NCBI GenBank assembly: GCA_963749915.1
Contig: CAVVOP010000005.1
Location: forward strand, 96,001-160,000
Source: an uncultured cyanobacterium
GTDB lineage: Bacteria > Cyanobacteriota > Cyanobacteriia > Cyanobacteriales > Cyanobacteriaceae
Reading direction: 5' to 3'
Length of the DNA stretch: 64,000 nucleotides
Positions 22,139 through 32,216 of the stretch are shown here, piece by piece. Position 1 is the stretch's first letter, and each line of letters starts with the position of its first letter. Under the pieces are notes generated by a model, which was given only the letters and a program-made list of their open reading frames with translations, had not been told where the DNA came from and ran no database searches. The position numbers and the translations under genes were made by a program.

Positions 22139-22615
22139 ATGCCATTTTCATCTAATCGAGATTCCTTACCTTTTGAACCCAAAAAGAATAAAAAAATCAC
22201 CAAAAAACCTACTGATAATTCGTTAGAAAAAGCGAAAAACATCTCTAACAATGATTCTCAAGGGAAAAAACAACGCTCATCCTTGAAGGAAATTCCTGAA
22301 GTAGTCAGCCAGAGAATGATCAGAAGAATGGCTATTTTTAGCGGTATTCCTACTGGTATGGGTATCCTTTCCTTTTTTGTTTTTTATGTTGTCGTCAACC
22401 AAGAATGGTTTAAAGTACCAAATACAGCCGTTTTGCTCGTGAGTATGGGTTTATTTGGGTTAGGTGTGTTAGGTTTAAGTTATGGCATTCTTTCCACATC
22501 ATGGGATGAAGAAAGAGTTGGTACTTGGTGGGGTTGGTCAGATTTTACCATCAATTTTGGCAGATTTACCTCTGCATGGAGAAACGCACGACAAGAGTCT
22601 ATTAATAACAAATAA
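22139..22615 (+). CDS. PAM68-family photosystem II assembly factor
   Basis: IPEVVSQRMIRRM..FSGIPT..LSYGILSTSWDE; located after rpsO as usual in cyanobacteria. Confidence 0.9.
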   Translation: MPFSSNRDSLPFEPKKNKKITKKPTDNSLEKAKNISNNDSQGKKQRSSLKEIPEVVSQRMIRRMAIFSGIPTGMGILSFFVFYVVVNQEWFKVPNTAVLLVSMGLFGLGVLGLSYGILSTSWDEERVGTWWGWSDFTINFGRFTSAWRNARQESINNK

Positions 22616-22736
22616 TTAGCCGTTTTGTGTGACTTAATCTCTAAGAATTATTTTAATTTATTATCCGTCAGTCAAAATTTAACAACAACAACCAAATATC
22701 AGCCTCACTATATTAATCAATCAGGATAAATTAAGT

Positions 22737-23795
22737 ATGATAGTTGTAATGAAAATAGGTACTCCCGAAACCGAAATCAGTCGTGTGGGAGACGAGTTAA
22801 GAACATGGGGTTTAACACCTGAGAAAATTGTTGGACAACATAAAGTGGTGATCGGTTTAGTCGGGGAAACGGCTTCTCTTAATCCCGAACAAATTCAAGA
22901 AGTTAGTCCTTGGATTGAAACTGTTTTAAGAGTTGAAAAACCTTTCAAACGTGTTAGTTTAGATTATCGTCACGGACAACCTAGCGATGTAGTTGTACCT
23001 ACTCCCAATGGTGATGTTGTTTTTGGACTTAATCACCCTGTCGTTATCGTCGCGGGTCCTTGTTCGGTAGAAAACGAGGAAATGATCATCGAAACCGCTA
23101 AAAGAGTTAAAGCAGCCGGGGCGAAATTTTTAAGAGGAGGGGCTTATAAACCTCGTACTTCTCCCTATGACTTTCAAGGACATGGTGAAAGTGCTTTAGA
23201 ATTATTAGCCGCCGCTAGAGACGCTTCTGGCTTAGGTATTGTCACTGAGGTCATGGACACCGCCGATTTAGATAAAATTGCCGAAGTTGCGGACATCGTC
23301 CAAGTTGGGGCGAGAAATATGCAAAACTTCTCTCTCTTAAAAAAAGTGGGTGCTCAATCTAAACCTGTATTGCTCAAAAGAGGTATGTCGGCCACTATTT
23401 CTGAATGGTTAATGGCGGCGGAGTATATTCTTGCGGCGGGGAATACTGATGTTATCCTTTGTGAAAGAGGTATTCGTACTTTTGATCGAGAATTTGCCCG
23501 TAACGTTCTCGATTTATCTGTAATTCCTGTGTTACGTTCTTTAACTCACTTACCAATTATGATAGATCCTAGTCATGGTACTGGTAAGGCCGAATATGTT
23601 CCCAGTATGGCTATGGCTGCCATCGCCGCGGGGGCGGATTCCTTAATGATAGAAGTTCACCCCAATCCTGCTAAGGCTTTATCTGACGGGCCACAATCCT
23701 TGACTCCCGATGCTTTCGATCGCTTAATCCCAGAATTAGCGGTAATCGGCAAAGCCGTTCAACGTTGGGAAACCCCCGTTCCCGTGTTAATATAA
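22737..23795 (+). CDS. aroF: DAHP synthase (type I beta)
   Basis: AGPCSVE, GGAYKPRTSPY, GARNMQN, CERGIR and DPSHG motifs. Confidence 0.96.
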   Translation: MIVVMKIGTPETEISRVGDELRTWGLTPEKIVGQHKVVIGLVGETASLNPEQIQEVSPWIETVLRVEKPFKRVSLDYRHGQPSDVVVPTPNGDVVFGLNHPVVIVAGPCSVENEEMIIETAKRVKAAGAKFLRGGAYKPRTSPYDFQGHGESALELLAAARDASGLGIVTEVMDTADLDKIAEVADIVQVGARNMQNFSLLKKVGAQSKPVLLKRGMSATISEWLMAAEYILAAGNTDVILCERGIRTFDREFARNVLDLSVIPVLRSLTHLPIMIDPSHGTGKAEYVPSMAMAAIAAGADSLMIEVHPNPAKALSDGPQSLTPDAFDRLIPELAVIGKAVQRWETPVPVLI

Positions 23796-23819
23796 TAATC
23801 TCCCCAAACTCAACTAATT

Positions 23820-24056
23820 GTTGTCCCCTCACAGGGTAAGGTTTCTTACAATGGCGTTCTGGTGGGGGATAGACAAGGTGGACAAGGAAGAAGGAAGAGA
23901 GAAATTCTCTAAGAAATATTTGTTTATAAGTAACACAAGAATTGCTGAAAAGACCATTTTCCCCTTGTATTCTCTTCCTTGTCAGCTGTCCCTCATTCCT
24001 TCCTTGTCTTGTCTCAACCCAAATGTTAAAAACCTACCCTTGTCAGCTGCCTCCCG
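23820..24056. repeat. GACAAG-rich MITE-like element, copy C, with inverted purine and pyrimidine arms
   Basis: Left arm GACAAGGTGGACAAGGAAGAAGG; right arm CCTTGTC..CCTTCCTTGTCTTGTC..AAAAACCTACCCTTGT. Confidence 0.6.
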
Positions 24057-24095
24057 CCCTCTGGCTTCGCTCCGTCAGGAGCTTATTACTTAATA

Positions 24096-24227
24096 TTACA
24101 GGTCTCCACGCAAGGCATAGAGAATGAAAACGATTACTGGACCTGCAATTAAAATCAAACCCACGGAGGTTAATTGTAAAATAACTTGAAAATCTAAACC
24201 GCTAAAAAGATTTGTAATAAAATCCAT
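24096..24227 (-). CDS. psb30: Photosystem II subunit Psb30/Ycf12 (43 aa, not in the ORF track)
   Basis: Hand translation MDFITNLFSGLDFQVILQLTSVGLILIAGPVIVFILYALRGDL; AGGAG ribosome-binding site upstream. Confidence 0.93.
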   Translation of the reverse strand: MDFITNLFSGLDFQVILQLTSVGLILIAGPVIVFILYALRGDL

Positions 24228-24368
24228 ACTGACTCCTAGTTCTTTAAATAATAATCTTAAATGTTTAATTTCAAATCTAACAAGATATATGATACTAGGA
24301 AAGGTTGCTTTATTTATTGAAAAAATCGTTCAAATATTATTAAGTTTTGTTACAAATTTTCTTGCTTT

Positions 24369-24716
24369 ATGAGTAAATGGCGTTGTCTTGAAAAATGTGG
24401 TGCTTGTTGTCATTTAGATCCCAGTGATCGCCCAGATTTAGAGGATTATCTTACCGAATCGGAATTAGAGTTATATCTCGGGATGGTGGGGGAAGATGGT
24501 TGGTGTCTTAATTACGATAAAGACTCAAGAAAATGTCAAATATATGACGATCGCCCCCGTTTTTGTCGGGTAAAACCAGATATTTTCCATGAGATGTATG
24601 ATCTACCCCTAGAAGAATTTGAGGAATTTGCCATCGATTGTTGCCATCAGCAAATTGAAGGGGTTTACGGAAAGGACAGTGAGCAAATGAGTCGTTATCG
24701 AGTACAAGTGGGATGA
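24369..24716 (+). CDS. YkgJ-family CxxCxxCC Zn/Fe-chelating protein
   Basis: CLEKCGACC..C..CQIYDDRPRFCR. Confidence 0.88.
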   Translation: MSKWRCLEKCGACCHLDPSDRPDLEDYLTESELELYLGMVGEDGWCLNYDKDSRKCQIYDDRPRFCRVKPDIFHEMYDLPLEEFEEFAIDCCHQQIEGVYGKDSEQMSRYRVQVG

Positions 24717-24824
24717 GTTTGAGTTTGTTCTATGATAGGCATAACTTTAACTAAAGTAAATCATGTCTTGCCGTCGAGGCTGAAACTGACCCCAAGGCTT
24801 CCATAGCATAAAAGCATTATCTAC

Positions 24825-25868
24825 TTAATTCTCTTCTTTACTGCTACAACCCGACAACAAAGGCAATTTTTCGCGGAGGATAGGCATTAACTTCGCCAGT
24901 GCATGGTCATCTGTAGGGCAAATCCCTGGAATCCCTGTCAATTTCTCCACTAATTCCACTCCCGCAGTGGTACTGGTGACAATACCACTAATCAGATCCG
25001 GAGTCAGATGGAAATTTTGGGTTATACCCAACACCCCATAAGGATCACTAGCACATAAAACCGTCAGGCAAATTTGTGGTTTAATCTTCTCTAAGACAAT
25101 TGAACCATTATAAGGTTCAAAAGGGGAAGCTCCAATTTCAGCAATCACTACATCAGGCTTGTCTTGAGCTACCAAGGATAATAGGCGACTCATCGCAATT
25201 TGATATTCTTCTGCCGGGCAAATCGTTGAAGGTAGTCCCACATCAACAAAATCAAAGATAACATCCGCACCCGCATCTTGCATCGAGAGAATATCGTGAT
25301 ATTGACCAGCACCGGCTAATTTAACCCCTACAACCTTCAAATTTAAGTCTTTGAGTAATTTAATTAACAAGCGTGACATGGTGGTTTTACCCGAGGACAT
25401 GGAAGTACCAAGCATCATGATTGTCGGACAACTATAGTCTTTTTCAGGGATTTGGGGAACAAAATCCTTCATACACACCTTTTGTCCTCCCCGCATGACA
25501 TGACCTCGATAAATCATCTGCGGTAAATTAGTTACTGTCTCCGCCACCGAAGTTGCTTTCCCAAAAAGTCCTCCCTCTGTTAAAGCCTCCATCTGACCAT
25601 CTTCTCCAATATTTTGCCAAGTTCCCACCGCCTCCAAAGTAGCACAACGTATTCCTAAAGCTCCGATGACCTTAGTCCCTGTACTTATCTCTACCATGCG
25701 ACCATGACAATCTTCAAGGATCGCCTTTTGAGATAAAGGCGTTATCATTCCACCAACCACATAATCCCCCGTAGCCCACCGAGTTTCGGGTAAGGTATTA
25801 ATATCAAAGGATTGTTGCTGAAGATTGGAAATACGAGTTACAGAAGTAAAAAAATAACGTTCAGACAT
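24825..25868 (-). CDS. DUF1611-like P-loop protein
   Basis: GTSMSSGKTT Walker A, KLAGAG..DI and DFVDVGLPST motifs. Confidence 0.7.
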   Translation of the reverse strand: MSERYFFTSVTRISNLQQQSFDINTLPETRWATGDYVVGGMITPLSQKAILEDCHGRMVEISTGTKVIGALGIRCATLEAVGTWQNIGEDGQMEALTEGGLFGKATSVAETVTNLPQMIYRGHVMRGGQKVCMKDFVPQIPEKDYSCPTIMMLGTSMSSGKTTMSRLLIKLLKDLNLKVVGVKLAGAGQYHDILSMQDAGADVIFDFVDVGLPSTICPAEEYQIAMSRLLSLVAQDKPDVVIAEIGASPFEPYNGSIVLEKIKPQICLTVLCASDPYGVLGITQNFHLTPDLISGIVTSTTAGVELVEKLTGIPGICPTDDHALAKLMPILREKLPLLSGCSSKEEN

Positions 25869-26043
25869 AATTATTACCTCATCGTGATCGTTTATTCAAT
25901 TTCGTTAAAACTTTTATTATTAATAAATTTTTGTATTTTCATATACATTCTATCATGGTATTCAGTGTTAAGACTTGGTAACTACAAACAAAAAACAAAT
26001 CAATGGAGAAGTAAACAAATAAAAAAAAGAGAAAACTGCTTAT

Positions 26044-26682
26044 CTAGTCCTTTAATATTTTGATTAATTTATCGCTAACTTTTCTCAAAACACCGTTAAT
26101 AAAACGATAACCGTCGTCGTCAGAATAATTTTTGGCAATTTCAATCGCTTCATTTATGGCCACTTTATGATCTACATTTAGAAAAGCCATCTCAGCAACC
26201 GCTAAACGTAAGATGTTTGCGTCTATTTGGGTTAAACGGTTTAAAGTCCAATCTACCATTACTTCATTTAAAATAGCTTCAATTTCAAGGCGACGGCGAT
26301 CGACTGTACCAATTAATTCCAAAGCATATTCCCTCACTTCATGCTGACGGGATAATTGAACAAATTCAGGAATTTCAATGACACTACCAAGACGATTAAT
26401 AGCTTTTTGAGTTAGGATAATGGCATCCTTAAGCATACTTTTGGCAGTACCCAAATTAGTGGCACGGGTTTCACTTTTAAATAACTGATCATTACTGCGA
26501 TTTAATTCATCCGATGCGGTTTCAATAGCACTTTCAATTTCTATCGATAAAGTACGAATCGCACCGAGAATCAGATCATTAATTTCTAGATCCCCAAGTT
26601 GTTCTGATTTGCCCCTAATTTGACTCAAGCTAAGTAAGGACAATATTCTAGCTGTTCTCCTCGGTTGTTGGCGAATGGACAT
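26044..26682 (-). CDS. nusB: Transcription antitermination factor NusB
   Basis: RRTAR, DWTLNRL..ID..ILRL and AINEAIEIAK..FINGVL motifs. Confidence 0.95.
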   Translation of the reverse strand: MSIRQQPRRTARILSLLSLSQIRGKSEQLGDLEINDLILGAIRTLSIEIESAIETASDELNRSNDQLFKSETRATNLGTAKSMLKDAIILTQKAINRLGSVIEIPEFVQLSRQHEVREYALELIGTVDRRRLEIEAILNEVMVDWTLNRLTQIDANILRLAVAEMAFLNVDHKVAINEAIEIAKNYSDDDGYRFINGVLRKVSDKLIKILKD

Positions 26683-26869
26683 TTTATTCGATTCTTAAAT
26701 ACCAGTAGTGGTCTGTCAAGATAGTTTTGAGGGACTGGGAACGGATAATTTTGGATTTTGGATTTTGGAGGATTTTTTTATCCCTCATTTCAAAATTGGC
26801 AGATCAGTAGTAATAAATAATGAATCATTAATTAATAATTAATAACCAACGTTCCAATATACACTAACA

Positions 26870-26943
26870 CGGGACTGACGGGACTCGAACCCGCGACATC
26901 TTGCGTGACAGGCAAGCACTCTAACCAGCTGAGCTACAATCCC
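26870..26943 (-). tRNA. tRNA-Asp(GTC)
   Basis: Reverse complement GGGATTGTAGCTCAGCTGGTTAGAGTGCTTGCCTGTCACGCAAGATGTCGCGGGTTCGAGTCCCGTCAGTCCCG folds as a cloverleaf. Confidence 0.97.
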
Positions 26944-27147
26944 ATTTGATTTGATCCACGTACTCGATGATAACTAATAATAAAAAAATTGTCAAGATAA
27001 ATGGCAAAATTCGCTTAAATATTCGACAAATGAGAGATAATATCGGAGTTATCAAGAAAAAGTATGCAAATCTTGACTTTTAATTGGTTAAGAATACTCT
27101 TATTGTTACAATAACCACTTAGTTCTGTCGATAGTAGAGTAAATTGT

Positions 27148-28353
27148 ATGAGTCGTGCTAATAAAGTAGTTTTAGCTTATTCTGGAGGGGTTGATACCTC
27201 CGTTTGTATTCCTTATTTAATCAAAGAATGGGGTGTTAAGGAAGTCATCACCCTAGCGGCAGATTTAGGACAAGGGGAAGAATTAGGTCCTATTCAAGAA
27301 AAAGCCTTAAAATGTGGTGCGGTAGAATCCCTGGTAGCTGATGCTACGGAAGAATTTGTGACTAATTATGCTTTTCCTGCCATTAAAGCCAATGCGTTAT
27401 ATGAAAATCGCTACCCCCTGTCTACCGCTTTGGCCCGTCCTTTAATTGCTAAATTGTTAGTAGAAGCAGCGGAAAAATACGGTGCTGATGCAGTGGCACA
27501 TGGTTGTACAGGAAAAGGAAATGATCAAGTTCGTTTCGATGTCGGGATTACCGCTTTAAACCCCAATATTAAAATTTTAGCTCCTGCTAGGGAGTGGGGT
27601 ATGAGTCGGGAAGAAGCTATTTCCTACGGCGAAAAATTCGGTATTGAAGCCCCTGTGAAAAAATCTTCCCCCTTTAGTATCGATCGCAATTTGTTGGGAC
27701 GTAGTATTGAAGCAGGTCCTCTGGAAGATCCCATGACTGAGCCACCAGAAGAAATCTATGCTTTGACCAAATCAATCGTTGATACTCCTAACGAGCCTGA
27801 ATATGTGGAAATTACCTTTGAAAAAGGTGTCCCCATTGCAGTAGATGATCAAAGTTTATCTCCTGTTGCCCTTGTCACCAAAATCAATGAAATTGCTGGT
27901 AATCATGGTGTCGGTAGAATTGACATGATCGAAAACCGAGTAGTGGGCATTAAATCAAGAGAAATTTATGAAGCACCAGCTTTATTAGTCTTAATCAAGG
28001 CTCATGAAGATTTGGAAAGTCTAACTTTAACCAGCGATGTCAGCCACTATAAACGGGGTCATATTAATGAAATATATAGTCGTTTAATCTATGAAGGTTT
28101 ATGGTACAATCCCCTTAAAGCGGCTTTGGATGCTTTTATTAATGAAACTCAAGAACGGGTTAGTGGTACTGTCAGAATTAAATTCTTCAAAGGTAATGCT
28201 ACCGTGGTAGGAAGAAGATCCCATTATTCTTTATATAGTCCTGATTTATCCACCTATGGCGGTGACGATCAGTTTGATCATAAAGCGGCGGAAGGATTTA
28301 TTTACATTTGGGGATTATCTACGAGAGTTTGGGCTGAAAAAATCAGATCTTAA
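27148..28353 (+). CDS. argG: Argininosuccinate synthase
   Basis: [23 protein letters not shown] and [11 protein letters not shown] motifs. Confidence 0.98.
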   Translation: MSRANKVVLAYSGGVDTSVCIPYLIKEWGVKEVITLAADLGQGEELGPIQEKALKCGAVESLVADATEEFVTNYAFPAIKANALYENRYPLSTALARPLIAKLLVEAAEKYGADAVAHGCTGKGNDQVRFDVGITALNPNIKILAPAREWGMSREEAISYGEKFGIEAPVKKSSPFSIDRNLLGRSIEAGPLEDPMTEPPEEIYALTKSIVDTPNEPEYVEITFEKGVPIAVDDQSLSPVALVTKINEIAGNHGVGRIDMIENRVVGIKSREIYEAPALLVLIKAHEDLESLTLTSDVSHYKRGHINEIYSRLIYEGLWYNPLKAALDAFINETQERVSGTVRIKFFKGNATVVGRRSHYSLYSPDLSTYGGDDQFDHKAAEGFIYIWGLSTRVWAEKIRS

Positions 28354-28446
28354 ACGAAACTTAGGTTAATTAAGGCATTACGGAAACAAAACCCAGGTAA
28401 TGTTAGAATTAACCTATATTTATCGAATTTTTAGGAGCATAAACAA

Positions 28447-29292
28447 TTGGATCGTCAAGCAACCGTCAGTATTTCTAATTTAATTGCCGGAATTTTGGCC
28501 GCTTTACTGGTATTTGTAGGTTTTAATTCTTTCGTCATCATCAATCCCGGACAAGCAGGAGTATTGAGTATTTTAGGAAAAGCTCAAGATGGTGCTTTAT
28601 TAGAGGGTATTCATTTCAAACCACCTATTATCTCTAACGTGGATGTTTATGATGTCACTGTGCAAAAATTTGAAGTACCGGCCCAAAGTTCTACCAAGGA
28701 TTTACAAGATTTATCTGCAAGTTTTGCCATTAATTTCCGTCTCGATCCGTTAAAAGTTGTGGAGATAAGGAGAACACAAGGTACTTTGCAAAATATTGTC
28801 GCTAAAATTATTGCTCCACAAACTCAAGAATCTTTTAAAGTTGCCGCGGCTAAACGTACCGTGGAAGAAGCCATTACTAAACGTACGGAATTGAAAAATG
28901 ATTTTGATAATGCCCTTAATAGTCGTCTGGAAAAATACGGTATTATTGTTTTAGATACCAGTGTCGTCGATTTAACTTTTTCTCCTGAATTTGCTAGGGC
29001 GGTAGAAGAAAAACAAATTGCCGAACAACGGGCACAAAGAGCAGTTTATATTGCTCAAGAGGCAGAACAACAGGCTCAAGCTGATATTAACCGTGCTAAG
29101 GGTAAAGCTGAGGCTCAAAGATTGCTTGCTGAAACTTTGAACAATCAAGGTGGTAATTTGGTACTACAAAAAGAGGCGATCGAAGCATGGAGAGAAGGAG
29201 GTGCACAGATGCCCAAAGTATTAGTAACCAATGGGAATGGTAGTGGGGGGAATGTACCCTTTATTTTTAATCTAAGTAATATGGAGAAATAG
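28447..29292 (+). CDS. Prohibitin/SPFH (band 7) protein
   Basis: N-terminal TM helix; STKDLQ, FSPEFARAVEEKQIAEQ and AKGKAEA motifs. Confidence 0.92.
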   Translation: MDRQATVSISNLIAGILAALLVFVGFNSFVIINPGQAGVLSILGKAQDGALLEGIHFKPPIISNVDVYDVTVQKFEVPAQSSTKDLQDLSASFAINFRLDPLKVVEIRRTQGTLQNIVAKIIAPQTQESFKVAAAKRTVEEAITKRTELKNDFDNALNSRLEKYGIIVLDTSVVDLTFSPEFARAVEEKQIAEQRAQRAVYIAQEAEQQAQADINRAKGKAEAQRLLAETLNNQGGNLVLQKEAIEAWREGGAQMPKVLVTNGNGSGGNVPFIFNLSNMEK

Positions 29293-29294
29293 AC

Positions 29295-29663
29295 ATAGAT
29301 AATTTACCCCCTCTTAATCACGATACTATTAGGCAAATCATCGATGAAAAATTGGAGGATCATACTGTTAATAAATTGATCTGGTATTATCTAGGTTATC
29401 GTTATGATTCTGTTAACAAAAAATGGGATAATTCCCAGGTAGAAGAATCCTGGAGAAAAGAATACCCAGAGCCTCCTGATTTTATCGCCCATCGTCCACC
29501 CAACGTCAAGTTAACCCGTTCTATTCTTCCTGAAAATAAACAACTATTAAAAGAAGAATTAGGTTTTAAGGGTTACAAAATCGGTGAATTTAGTCCTCGT
29601 CAAACTCGTCGGGCAACTATAGCCAATTGGTTATTAGGCTATATAAAAACTAATGGTTTATAA
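29295..29663 (+). CDS. DUF1823-family protein, probable ATA start
   Basis: In-frame NLPPLNHDTIRQIIDEKL upstream of the TTG at 29352; YLGYRYD, YPEPPDFI, LGFKGYK and TRRATIANWLL motifs. Confidence 0.75.
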   Translation: MDNLPPLNHDTIRQIIDEKLEDHTVNKLIWYYLGYRYDSVNKKWDNSQVEESWRKEYPEPPDFIAHRPPNVKLTRSILPENKQLLKEELGFKGYKIGEFSPRQTRRATIANWLLGYIKTNGL

Positions 29664-29700
29664 TAGTTTATTTGCTTAATAAATACTGTTAACAATTTAA

Positions 29701-30045
<345 letters not shown>

Positions 30046-30060
30046 TTTTTTCAACCTATG

Positions 30061-30087
30061 GTAAGGGCTGGGTAATTCCGCCCCTAC
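30061..30087. repeat. GTAG-type REP palindrome
   Basis: GTAAGGGCTGGGTAATTCCGCCCCTAC between convergent genes. Confidence 0.55.
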
Positions 30088-30108
30088 CAAATTCATTGTT
30101 AAACTTAC

Positions 30109-31350
30109 TTAGGGTTGAGAGAAAATACCAAAAACGGAAGTATAACCGTGCAAAAAAGTGTTACCTGACACGGGTCCTATTTCACCGTTACAGAAAAAAC
30201 CAGCTAAAGGAATATCCCTTACATAGTCAAGGAATAGTTGAGAGTCAAAATTAGGTTTGCCATACAATCCTTCTCCTCTACCCATACAAGAAAAAAGAAG
30301 AGCACCTACAGGAGAAGCAGAATCGGATTTGCTGTTACAGTAATTCGTTAATAAAGTTTCCAAGTCATCGGCGGAAGCCTTTGCATCTCTTAAGTGAAAA
30401 CGGATTCTCTGCCCTGCTCTGATTTTGTCACCTACTGCGATCGCTCCATACTTAGGATCGACTCCCACAAGATTACGAATTAAAAAATCACCGGCTTTTA
30501 ACTGTAATTTAAACTCATCCATAGCAATACCCATAAAGAGAGAATATTGGGCTAAACTTTGATCTTCTTGACTAAGACTAGCAATTAACTCTCTTAACAA
30601 ACTCAAAGGATTATCGGTTTTACCCGCATTATCCCTCATTTCTAAGATGATATTTCTTTCCCCCTGGGTAACTTGATAAGTATTACCGATAGGGCGACAA
30701 CCCTGAGCTACAATAGACTCGACCCGAAGATTTCCACTAAGGGCAACTCCGACTGTGCCTTCGGTGAAAAATAAACCGTCGGATTCTGTGCCACTAAAAT
30801 AAAATAATCCACTACCAACACCCATAGTACTAGCACTAGCTAAACCGCCGACTTTAATCGCTCCTGCATAGGCAAAATCCAACCCTTCTAATAACTCATT
30901 GATCTTAGTAGAAAAAGGATCGGATAATAAAATGAAATTGGGTTGTTTCTCCATGGCGACGCCAATCATTTTGCACCACTCATCAGGCGCACTGTCTGAA
31001 TCAGGTAAATCTTTAGCGGTGACATGAAAAGGGGTTACCTCTACATCAGGCAGACTAGCAACCGTCAAACTTAAACCAGGATTTCCTTCAATTTCTACGG
31101 GTTGATAATCATTTTTCATGCCCACAATGCCACCACCACCCCCACCAATGACACAAGGTAAAGGCAATTTTTCCAATAAAAGAGGCATTAATCGAGGATA
31201 ATCACTGGCAAAAACAGAAGAAATGAAGACTATACCAATATCAGGAGTGGTAGTTAATTTTTCTTGTATTTTAGCTACTACTTCATCAATGGCTTTCTCT
31301 AAAGAAGATTGAGTCGATAAGGCGTTAATCCATTGAATTTGATTTGACAT
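30109..31350 (-). CDS. FIST-domain signal transduction protein
   Basis: GGLAS, VAQGCRPIG, FLIRNLVG, FSCMGRG and GFFCNGEIGP motifs. Confidence 0.92.
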   Translation of the reverse strand: MSNQIQWINALSTQSSLEKAIDEVVAKIQEKLTTTPDIGIVFISSVFASDYPRLMPLLLEKLPLPCVIGGGGGGIVGMKNDYQPVEIEGNPGLSLTVASLPDVEVTPFHVTAKDLPDSDSAPDEWCKMIGVAMEKQPNFILLSDPFSTKINELLEGLDFAYAGAIKVGGLASASTMGVGSGLFYFSGTESDGLFFTEGTVGVALSGNLRVESIVAQGCRPIGNTYQVTQGERNIILEMRDNAGKTDNPLSLLRELIASLSQEDQSLAQYSLFMGIAMDEFKLQLKAGDFLIRNLVGVDPKYGAIAVGDKIRAGQRIRFHLRDAKASADDLETLLTNYCNSKSDSASPVGALLFSCMGRGEGLYGKPNFDSQLFLDYVRDIPLAGFFCNGEIGPVSGNTFLHGYTSVFGIFSQP

Positions 31351-31490
31351 AAAACATTCACCTAATTGATTGTAATGGGATAGTTCCTGATATTATCGTA
31401 GAAGATATAGCATATTGACAATTGACCATAGCTTTGTTGCATGAATAATGCAGGCTAGAATCTCGAAGGGTCGGGTCTGAACTTCCTGTC

Positions 31491-32131
31491 TTAGCTTTTA
31501 TCCTCCTTCTCAGCAGCAAGGCTATCTTCTACATCAACAAATTTTTGATTATAAAGACTCATAGCTTTTTCAACTCCATCCCTTAAACTTAGACAAATAG
31601 CATCATAGGTTAATACCATCAATTCTTGAATCACTTTAGTTTCGCTTTTAGAAAACTTACCTAAAACATGACCAATAGTCGCTTCTTTTTCTCCTGATTT
31701 ACCGATACCGATACGAAAACGGGGGAATTTTTGACCGCCTACATGGGAAATAATTGATTTCATGCCGTTATGACCACCAGCAGAACCCGATAACCTTAAT
31801 CTGATTTTTCCAAAGGGTAAATCCATGTCATCATAAACCACTAAAATTGAGTTGGCATTTAATTTGTACCAGTCTAATACTGCCCTCACACATTGACCCG
31901 ATCGATTCATATAAGTTAAGGGTTTTACTAATCTAATTTTGCGGTGATTTGGTGCCATTCCTTCACAAAATAAAGCGTGAAATTTAGTATTTTTTTGCCA
32001 ATTAAAACCCCATTTGTCAGCCAAATAATCGACTATTTCAAAACCAATATTATGTCTAGTTTGTTCGTATTTCTTTTCAGGATTTCCCAAACCAATAATA
32101 ACATCAGGAATAACTTTTTTTTTTCACTCAT
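31491..32131 (-). CDS. pth: Peptidyl-tRNA hydrolase; 5' end out of frame at an A10 tract as assembled
   Basis: VIIGLGNPEKKYEQTRHNIGF, KPLTYMNRSG and GSAGGHNG motifs; the ATG at 32131 is one nucleotide out of frame. Confidence 0.9.
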
Positions 32132-32216
32132 GGTTCTTTTTTCTTAATGCTTTTTTGCTGAAGATTTTGGCTAAATACCATTCACCCCGACATTAAATTA
32201 ATTTATGACTTTTGTC

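Noticed and set aside
23818..24127. Plus-strand ORFs of 91 and 61 aa
   Set aside because: They run through the GACAAG repeat element, and the 61-aa one overlaps psb30 in antisense; no protein-like motifs
26860..26960. tRNA-Asp or tRNA-Trp as a prophage or island attachment site
   Set aside because: No integrase and no duplicated tRNA 3' end seen in the window
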